Origin: Candidatus Gastranaerophilales bacterium
GTDB taxonomy: Bacteria > Cyanobacteriota > Vampirovibrionia > Gastranaerophilales > Gastranaerophilaceae
Length of the DNA: 64,000 nucleotides
Direction of reading: 5' to 3'
Assembly: GCA_944326115.1 (NCBI GenBank)
Contig: CALVCQ010000006.1
Location: forward strand, 5,292-69,291
Positions 47,255 through 54,379 of this stretch are shown here, piece after piece (within the stretch, counting starts at the first letter, position 1; each line of letters begins with the position of its first letter). The notes under the pieces were generated by a model that was not told where the DNA came from, ran no database searches, and worked only from the letters and a program-made list of their open reading frames with translations. The position numbers were made by a program, and so were the translations under genes.

Positions 47255-48424
47255 TTACAGATTATTCAGATATTCGGCAGTGTATTTTTGAATATTTTGA
47301 ATAATTCTTTCATTCTTGTTTATACAGCTGATTGCTTTTTCAGGTTTCCAGTTTCCGGACAGATAGTTTATTCTGCCTGCAAGGCATTCATCAGTATTTA
47401 ACAATCCTTTTATAAGTCCTTCCGCATCAGATTGTGATATTGTTCCTTCGATAGCAATTGTCAATAGACATGGGGTTTTACCCGAATCATTTCCTGAAAG
47501 AGATATTATTGTCGTGTTGTATTCAGGATTGTAATATCTGAGTGTTTTCAATGACGGTGCATTGTACATTCCTTCGTCAATTGCTCTTATATCACAGGCA
47601 TAATTCGGCTCTTTGGTTAAATTACCGTAGCCTCCGTTAGACACACCTATAGAAATATCATCTGCTTTAAGGTTTGCTTTGATATAGGTATTGTTTGCAT
47701 TATTTACAGGTTCTTTTTTATACAAATTTTTGAATTTTTCGTCATAGCAAGCCTTGAATCCTGAAAAATACGCTCTTTTATCGGTTATGGCTTTTCTGTT
47801 TGAAACACTATAGTGTTTTGTTCCTGTGGTATTGTCTTCGGGTATAGAATAATCGGGAATGTATTGTTCTTGTTTATCGTTTATTTTTTCTTGTTTTTTA
47901 TTTAATGTTTTGTCTGTTAATATATCCGAATATCCGTGTGGGGCTGTGTTGTCAAGGGCAGAATATTGCATATGAATATTTTGTGTATCTGTTTTGGGTG
48001 ATTTGTATGTATTTTGTCGATTTTCTCTAAACCTTTGCACCCACTCGCTATTCCGTCCTGTTGGTAAATCAAAATCGGATGCAATATAATTCCAGTCTTC
48101 TAGTCTTAACATTGTATTTCTTATCATTGTCCAGTTGATATCATTGCTGTTTATATTCATATTTTTTGCCGCATTTGCAACGGCTCTGTATGCAAGATTT
48201 GCGCAAGGGTTTTCTCCCTGCATTATCAGCTTTCCGATTTCTTCAAGTGTTCGCTGTACTTTAGCGGCAATTTTCGTATTAGGATATGCAGATTTTATAG
48301 TTTTTATTTCTTCTGCTGACAAAGAAAATTCTTTTTCCTGATTTTTCTGTATTGAATTGCTTCTTATATCCTGTGATTTTGATCTGTTTATTTCAAAATT
48401 TGAGTAATCCATGAATTCCCTCAT
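47255..48424 (-). CDS. hypothetical protein
   Basis: 389-aa ORF. No motif recognised, no signal peptide. Divergent from the helicase gene. Confidence 0.6.
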   Translation of the reverse strand: MREFMDYSNFEINRSKSQDIRSNSIQKNQEKEFSLSAEEIKTIKSAYPNTKIAAKVQRTLEEIGKLIMQGENPCANLAYRAVANAAKNMNINSNDINWTMIRNTMLRLEDWNYIASDFDLPTGRNSEWVQRFRENRQNTYKSPKTDTQNIHMQYSALDNTAPHGYSDILTDKTLNKKQEKINDKQEQYIPDYSIPEDNTTGTKHYSVSNRKAITDKRAYFSGFKACYDEKFKNLYKKEPVNNANNTYIKANLKADDISIGVSNGGYGNLTKEPNYACDIRAIDEGMYNAPSLKTLRYYNPEYNTTIISLSGNDSGKTPCLLTIAIEGTISQSDAEGLIKGLLNTDECLAGRINYLSGNWKPEKAISCINKNERIIQNIQKYTAEYLNNL

Positions 48425-48560
48425 TAAAATTTACATATCTATATTTATTATTTTTATCGGTTAAATTTGGGGATTCTTTAGCCTTTTTTAAGTTTTGTAT
48501 ATAATTTGTTACAATTTCTTATGTTTTGAAATATATACTATTCAATGTTAATATGATTTT

Positions 48561-51284
48561 ATGGAGCAAGTTTTACAGTTTAAAGGAAAGTGGAGAACCT
48601 ATCAAAAGCGAATTCTAGACAGCTTGTCTTTGCATTTTTTTGATAAAAGACTGCATGTAGTTGCCGCTCCCGGTGCAGGAAAAACTACACTGGGTATAGA
48701 AATAATAGCAAGGTTGAATCAGCCGACTGTTGTTCTTTCACCGACGCTGACAATTAAAAACCAGTGGAAAACAAGGATTATTGAATCTTTCTTACCTGAA
48801 AATTATAACGAAGATATTATTTCTACAGATATAAAATCCCCCAAATTTATCACAATTATTACTTATCAGGCACTTCTTTCAGCTTTTTCAAATTCAAAAA
48901 ATGATGAATGTACGGACAATGATTATATTGACAATGAAGCTGATAAAAAAGAGGTAACACGTGCCCGTTTTAACAGAATTAAGGCTGATAAGGTTATTAA
49001 AATGTTAAAAACTTCCGGGATCAAAGTTCTATGCTTTGATGAAGCACATCATTTAAGAAAAGAATGGTGGAAAGCTTTAAATTATCTATCTGAGAATTTG
49101 GCACCATCTCATACTGTTTCACTTACTGCAACACCTCCTTATGATGTAGATAATGCCGAATGGGAACGCTATGAAAATTTATGCGGTGAAATAGATGAAT
49201 TGATATCGATTCCGGAACTTGTCAAAAACGGAGATTTGTGTCCACATCAGGATTTTATTCATTTTTCAAAATTGCGCTATTCAGAAGCCGATGTTGTAAA
49301 TAAACAATTAAATAAAATAAATAATTTTATAAAGACGATAAAAAGTGATAGTCTCCTGATAAACAGTCTTGCCGACTCTGTTTATATGAAAAATCCGGAA
49401 GATAATCTTGAGATAATACTGGATAATCCCGAATTTTTTGTTTCTGTTGCTTCTTTTTTAAATTCGTGCGGCAAAAATATTTCTGCTGATTTTCTGAAAA
49501 TATTTGATGCTAAAAAAGAAGAAATACCGCCATTTAACGCTAAACAAATAAAATACTTTTTAAAAGGTCTTTTTGTTAGTAATAAATCCAATTTCCCAGA
49601 TATAGCAATAAAAATTGATGAATTATCACTCAAAGCAAAAAACTGCGGGTTGCTTTCTAAAAATACGATTTATCTGAGCGATAGTCCAAAATTAAAGCGT
49701 ATTATGGCAGGAAGTCTCGGAAAGCTTGATTCTGTTAAAGAAATTGTGAGAAATGAATCCGCATCGCTTGGTGAAAAGTTGCGAATGGTCATCTTAACTG
49801 ATTATATAAGGCTTGATGACAAATCCAATTCCAAACTCGGGGTTATTCCTATTTGGAATACATTGAGGGAAGAATTCAAAAATAAGATTTTTTTAGGTGT
49901 TTTGACAGGCAGCTTAATTCTTATTCCTGCTGCGGTAAAAGATGATTTTGTTAAATTTTTAGAAGCGGATAATTTACAAGAGAATTCTGTTTCCATGGAT
50001 AATTTCGATGATGATTTTATAAAAATTACATCGGGTGATATTTTGAAATCAAAAATAGTAAATGTTGTGACAAAGTTTTTTAATTCCGGAAAAATAAATG
50101 TACTTGTTGGAACACAGGCTTTGCTTGGGGAAGGCTGGGATGCTCCGTCTATAAATTCTTTAATTCTTGCATCAACAGTCAGTTCTTTTATGCTGTCAAA
50201 TCAGATGAGGGGTCGTGCAATAAGAATAGATAAAAATAATCCTAATAAAGTAGCGAATATATGGCATCTTGCATCGATTAAATTATCAAATCTTGCTGAA
50301 GCAATAAAAGAAGTTTTGCTTCCTCAGGCAACAAGAGATGAAACTGAAGTTTGTACAGAAGATTTAATAGATTTTGAAAAGTTGTACAGCAGATTTGACG
50401 GTTATGAAGCACCATGCATTGAACCTCCGTATATTATTCAAAGCGGTCTTGACCGTGTATTGCCCGAATATTTTAAAAAATATAGCTGGACTGAATCTTC
50501 ATTTATGAACTTAAACAGATTTATGCTTCAAAATGCAATAAACCGTGACAAGACCAGACAGATGTGGGAAGATGGACTTATTGAACAATATAATGCCCCT
50601 GTTAAAAGATTAAAAACGGGAGTTGAAACCCAATGGCGGCAGTCAGGATTTGTCTATAACAGCGGAATGTACGCATTCTGGTCGCTTGCTTTATGTATAG
50701 CCTCAAATATTTTGTATTTTTCTTCTTTGCTGGGGTATCCTGTTCTTATTTTTGCTATTATAGCTGTTGTTGCAGTAATGTTAAGACCTTTTATAATGTT
50801 TTTGAAATGCAGTACGCCTGAAGGTATTATAAGACAGATAGGGATAGTTATACTAGAAACGTTGTATGCAGTGGATTTAATAAAAACAAATATAAAACTT
50901 GTAAAAATTACAGTAGTCAATAATAAAACTAACGGATATGTGTATTGTGCTGCAGATAACCTTTCTGCAGAGGAAAATAAACTTTTTATATCTTCATTAA
51001 GAGAATTTCTTGACCCGGTGGAAAATCCGAGATATATCCTGATAAGAAGCAATTTTCTTACCGGTTTATTCAAACAGTCAGATTATCATTCAGTACCGGC
51101 AGCTATTGCAAAAAAGAAAAAGAGTGTAGAAATTTTTAATCACCTCTGGCATAAATATATAGGAAGCTCTCGAGTGTATTATACAAGAACGGTATCAGGT
51201 CGTAAACTATTGCTAAAAGCAAGAAAAAGTGCTTTTAGCAGTTTAGTGCGACCTAAAAGTAAAAAAGTAAATAAATGGATGTAA
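48561..51284 (+). CDS. SF2 (DEAH, ResIII-like) helicase-family protein with two predicted TM helices near the C-terminus
   Basis: 907-aa ORF with AAPGAGKTTLG (motif I), CFDEAHHLRKEW (II), SLTATPP (III) and SNQMRGRAIR (VI). Hydrophobic stretch MYAFWSLALCIASNILYFSSLLGYPVLIFAIIAVVAVMLRPFIMFL at about aa 700-750. Confidence 0.8.
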   Translation: MEQVLQFKGKWRTYQKRILDSLSLHFFDKRLHVVAAPGAGKTTLGIEIIARLNQPTVVLSPTLTIKNQWKTRIIESFLPENYNEDIISTDIKSPKFITIITYQALLSAFSNSKNDECTDNDYIDNEADKKEVTRARFNRIKADKVIKMLKTSGIKVLCFDEAHHLRKEWWKALNYLSENLAPSHTVSLTATPPYDVDNAEWERYENLCGEIDELISIPELVKNGDLCPHQDFIHFSKLRYSEADVVNKQLNKINNFIKTIKSDSLLINSLADSVYMKNPEDNLEIILDNPEFFVSVASFLNSCGKNISADFLKIFDAKKEEIPPFNAKQIKYFLKGLFVSNKSNFPDIAIKIDELSLKAKNCGLLSKNTIYLSDSPKLKRIMAGSLGKLDSVKEIVRNESASLGEKLRMVILTDYIRLDDKSNSKLGVIPIWNTLREEFKNKIFLGVLTGSLILIPAAVKDDFVKFLEADNLQENSVSMDNFDDDFIKITSGDILKSKIVNVVTKFFNSGKINVLVGTQALLGEGWDAPSINSLILASTVSSFMLSNQMRGRAIRIDKNNPNKVANIWHLASIKLSNLAEAIKEVLLPQATRDETEVCTEDLIDFEKLYSRFDGYEAPCIEPPYIIQSGLDRVLPEYFKKYSWTESSFMNLNRFMLQNAINRDKTRQMWEDGLIEQYNAPVKRLKTGVETQWRQSGFVYNSGMYAFWSLALCIASNILYFSSLLGYPVLIFAIIAVVAVMLRPFIMFLKCSTPEGIIRQIGIVILETLYAVDLIKTNIKLVKITVVNNKTNGYVYCAADNLSAEENKLFISSLREFLDPVENPRYILIRSNFLTGLFKQSDYHSVPAAIAKKKKSVEIFNHLWHKYIGSSRVYYTRTVSGRKLLLKARKSAFSSLVRPKSKKVNKWM

Positions 51285-51324
51285 AATGCTGTATCAAAAA
51301 TTATCCGTCAAATAAGAACGAGAT

Positions 51325-51873
51325 CTAATATTTAAAACAATCCTTTTCATGGTCATTAACCACACCGATTGCCTGTAAATAAGAATAAATTATTACAGTT
51401 CCTGTGTATTTCATCCCTCTTTTTTTTAAATCTTTTGAAATTTTATCGGATAGAGGTGTGCTAACCGGTATAATATCAGATTTATTCTTAATGATTTTTC
51501 CTCCGGTAAAGCTCCAGATATAGTTGGAAAAATTTCCGTACTCATTTTGTATGTCAATAAATATACGGGCATTATTTACAGCTGCAAGTATTTTTCCTTT
51601 ACTTCTGATGATATCAGGATTGTTTAACAACTCCTTTATCTTTTCATCTGAATAGTTCGCAACTTTTTTAACCTCAAAATTATCAAAAGCTTTTTTAAAG
51701 GCGGCTCTTTTTTTTAGAACGGTCAGCCAGGACAATCCTGCTTGAAAAGATTCTAATACCAGAAGCTCAAATAAGTATTTGTCTTCATATTTAGGGACTC
51801 CCCATTCTTCATCATGATATTTAATATATATTTCGGATTTATTATTAACCCATTTGCATCTGTTCATAGACAC
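51325..51873 (-). CDS. tag: DNA-3-methyladenine glycosylase I
   Basis: 182-aa ORF with RCKWVNNKSEIYIKYHDEEWGVP, EGFQAGLSW-like LESFQAGLSWLTVLKKR, and C-terminal Cys/His. Confidence 0.9.
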   Translation of the reverse strand: MSMNRCKWVNNKSEIYIKYHDEEWGVPKYEDKYLFELLVLESFQAGLSWLTVLKKRAAFKKAFDNFEVKKVANYSDEKIKELLNNPDIIRSKGKILAAVNNARIFIDIQNEYGNFSNYIWSFTGGKIIKNKSDIIPVSTPLSDKISKDLKKRGMKYTGTVIIYSYLQAIGVVNDHEKDCFKY

Positions 51874-51946
51874 CTGACTTTTATATTTATAAAAAATTAT
51901 TATATCTTTGTATTATAATTTTATTGTACAAAGAAAGGATAATTTT

Positions 51947-52177
51947 ATGAATATTTCATCTGTATCTTTTAGGGGCAGATTTACAGTTCCTTATAATAAG
52001 GTTAATGAGAAAGTCAAATATTTTCATCCGAGCGTTTTGAAAATAGCCAAAGAAACCCAATCGCATGCAATAGTATCTCCCGACAAGGTTGTGATAAATG
52101 CGAATAAAACAAAAGATGATTTTATTCGTACCGCTTTAAATAAATTGGGCGTGCAATTTAAAGAAGAAGCTAAATAA
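51947..52177 (+). CDS. hypothetical small protein
   Basis: 76 aa from the ATG at 51947 (MNISSVSFRGRF...), with AAAGGA upstream. The track start at 51908 is a TTG in AT-rich promoter-like sequence. Confidence 0.5.
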   Translation: MNISSVSFRGRFTVPYNKVNEKVKYFHPSVLKIAKETQSHAIVSPDKVVINANKTKDDFIRTALNKLGVQFKEEAK

Positions 52178-52295
52178 GAGTTGTAATTAATTTTTTTATG
52201 TTAAAATTTCATTAGAAATTTGCTTGTATATCAATATAAAATTTTTTGACAATATGTAATTGATATAGATATGTATATAATTTCGTATTACAAAT

Positions 52296-52416
52296 TTGAA
52301 AATTTAATAAAAACAAATCGGGATACTCTGCCGAGCAAACAAGACTAAATGTCTTGTTTGAGAGAGGAAGCAGTTTGGTCCAAACAATTGAAAATTTAAT
52401 AAAAACAAATCGGGAT
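52296..52416. repeat. 29-bp direct repeat (52296-52324 and 52388-52416, period 92 bp) made of 23 bp of upstream flank plus the first 6 nt of tRNA-Pro, enclosing a 63-bp insert
   Basis: ttgaaaatttaataaaaacaaatcgggat is present twice with no mismatch. The insert contains a perfect 10-bp hairpin caaacaagac-taaat-gtcttgtttg (52336-52360). Confidence 0.9.
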
Positions 52417-52484
52417 GTAGCGCAGTTTGGTAGCGCACCGTGTTCGGGTCGCGGGGGTCGCAAGTTCGAATCTTGTCATCCCGA
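52411..52484 (+). tRNA. tRNA-Pro (anticodon CGG)
   Basis: CGGGATGTAGCGCAGTTTGGTAGCGCACCGTGTTCGGGTCGCGGGGGTCGCAAGTTCGAATCTTGTCATCCCGA has a 7-bp acceptor CGGGATG/CATCCCG, anticodon loop TTCGGGT and T loop TTCGAAT. CCA is not encoded. Confidence 0.9.
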
Positions 52485-52776
52485 TTTTTGTTTTTTATAA
52501 ACAGTCTTTAAGCCAAGATTACATCTTGTCACAACTCGCAAAAGATAACGCTTACGCTATCTTTTAGCGGTTCTGATTCGCTGTCGTAAGGCTCAGCATT
52601 CGCCAACGCCAGCCTATCATCCCGATTTTTGTTTTTTATAAACAGTCTTTAAGCCAAGATTACATCTTGTCACAACTCGCAAAAGATAACGCTTACGCTA
52701 TCTTTTAGCGGTTCTGATTCGCTGTCGTAAAGCTCAGCATTCGCCAACGCCAGTCTATCATCCCGATTTTTGTTTT
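52477..52776. repeat. tandem repeat, 141-bp unit x2 plus an 18-bp third start; each unit begins with the last 8 nt of tRNA-Pro
   Basis: Units 52477-52617 and 52618-52758 differ at 2 positions. catcccgatttttgtttt recurs at 52759-52776. Each unit contains a hairpin aaaagataacg-ctt-acgctatctttt. Confidence 0.92.
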
Positions 52777-52865
52777 AATAATATAATATTTTTTAATTTA
52801 ATAACAAGCTTTCAGATACAGTTATGTGTTATCTGAAAGCTTTGTTATCTTAATGCAATTATTAT

Positions 52866-53669
52866 TTAAAATTGTAGTTCAGGTTTTTTCGGTATAATAG
52901 TTTTTTCCAGTCCTGTTCTATGAAATAGAGCAGAATTATTATGCTCTATTTCCTGCATATTTGCAACCGCATCAAAGTAAGCAGATTTGTCAGGCTCAGG
53001 AAGCTTCTCGGGATCGAGTTGCCATTTTATAGAAAATCCGTTATCGGTCTTGATAAATTCAGATTGATAATTTTTATTATTTTGATATTTTTCGCTTATT
53101 CTTTCCATTTCTGCTTTAGCATCTTTATAAGATACTCCGGCGGAAGATATTTTTGCGTCTAGCTTTTCTCTCGCCAGAGCTTGTTCTTCCGTAATTTTTT
53201 CAGCCGAAGAGTCATCTGTTTTCAGGGGACTGTCGGATATATCTTGAGTCATTTCTTCTTTGATTATTGTTTCTTCCGTTGCTCTTAATGCTTGTAGGTT
53301 TGGTAGTTCTAATCGTTCTTGTTGCTCTAATCGTCTTAATTCTCTTAATTCTCTCCTGATTTCTGACTTAGTGAGTTCGGGATTTTCCTCCATTAGTATC
53401 TCTATTAGTTCTTTTTCTATTTCTTTCGCAGATAAATTTGAAAATTCATGCCTGTGCTTACTAAACGTTTTTTCTACTAATTCCTCAAATGTTTTTGATT
53501 GAAATTGTATTTTATCACCGCAGCCCCAGTTTTCGTTTCCGTTTATACCTTTTTTTAATGCTTCATCCGACATGTCTGCCAGCACATTTTTGTAAGCATC
53601 CGGATTAAAATTTCCATTATTTTGTTGCACTTGTATTGTATCTGAGTTAATACTGAATTCACCGCTCAT
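52866..53669 (-). CDS. hypothetical acidic, coiled-coil-like protein
   Basis: 267-aa ORF, Glu/Lys-rich in the centre (EIRRELRELRRLEQQERLE). No recognised domain. GC-containing hairpin at 52807-52841 downstream. Confidence 0.55.
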   Translation of the reverse strand: MSGEFSINSDTIQVQQNNGNFNPDAYKNVLADMSDEALKKGINGNENWGCGDKIQFQSKTFEELVEKTFSKHRHEFSNLSAKEIEKELIEILMEENPELTKSEIRRELRELRRLEQQERLELPNLQALRATEETIIKEEMTQDISDSPLKTDDSSAEKITEEQALAREKLDAKISSAGVSYKDAKAEMERISEKYQNNKNYQSEFIKTDNGFSIKWQLDPEKLPEPDKSAYFDAVANMQEIEHNNSALFHRTGLEKTIIPKKPELQF

Positions 53670-54104
53670 AGTTAGCCTGCCTTTCTATTATTGCTAATTT
53701 AATATCATGCCGTTTTTTGTCTTTTTTTTTTATTCATTTTTAATATTTTTTCTTTATAATTTCATATCCTTTTTTGATTTTCACTATACCAATATCGTCA
53801 TTTTTTTTTTTTCTTTAGGAAGTATTAAAATTAATTTACAAAATTTAACAATTTAAATATGTCTCTTAATCCGGTGTCGCAGTTTCAGCTTTGAGATTTG
53901 CCATAGCTGTATACCGGACTGCTGACAGAGTATTCCTTATCTTGAATTTTTCGTACGGGTTTTTATTTGTTATTGAAAAACTGAATACTTAATTTATATT
54001 TAACTTTTTGTCTTTTTAGTTTTAATTCACATGGCAATAAATTCATACAAAATGTTTTTATATATGTGTGAAGGTAAATTATTTTTGTGTGAAAGGATTT
54101 TATT

Positions 54105-54377
54105 ATGGCAGAAACATCAGGCTCTTGCGGTATAGTAAGCAGAAGAAATCCGGGCATTATCCGCCCGCAAACGGAACCCCGGTTTCTTGACAGAGTCAAA
54201 CAAGACTATGAAAAATTGAAAACAGCACGTATGCTTAATGAATATGCAAGAATTATGGAAAAACCGGCTTCTGAACGAACATTTTCCGAAAAAATGTTTG
54301 TGGCACAGTTAAATGCTCAAAACGCAATGAATTTTATTGAAGATGTTTTTGGTCCTGGTATAAAATATATGGCGTAA
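54105..54377 (+). CDS. hypothetical small protein
   Basis: 90-aa ORF with AAAGGA 8 nt upstream. The C-terminal two-thirds look protein-like; the 5' third is unusually G+C-rich and can form a hairpin. Confidence 0.45.
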   Translation: MAETSGSCGIVSRRNPGIIRPQTEPRFLDRVKQDYEKLKTARMLNEYARIMEKPASERTFSEKMFVAQLNAQNAMNFIEDVFGPGIKYMA

Positions 54378-54379
54378 TT

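Noticed and set aside
50654-51073. 139-aa minus-strand ORF
   Set aside because: Antisense shadow within the helicase gene (its TM-encoding region). No independent support.
52212-52463. 83-aa minus-strand ORF
   Set aside because: It overlaps tRNA-Pro and the duplicated upstream flank. It has no ribosome-binding site, and its composition is dictated by the tRNA sequence.
53963-54199. 78-aa minus-strand ORF
   Set aside because: It overlaps the 5' end of the better-supported plus-strand ORF (which has a Shine-Dalgarno site) and has no motif. Probably non-coding.
43728-54377. Genomic island integrated at tRNA-Pro
   Set aside because: There are no integrase, transposase or phage genes in or next to this block. 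The repeats at tRNA-Pro enclose only 63-123 bp, not the gene block. The region may still be accessory, but classic island hallmarks are missing.
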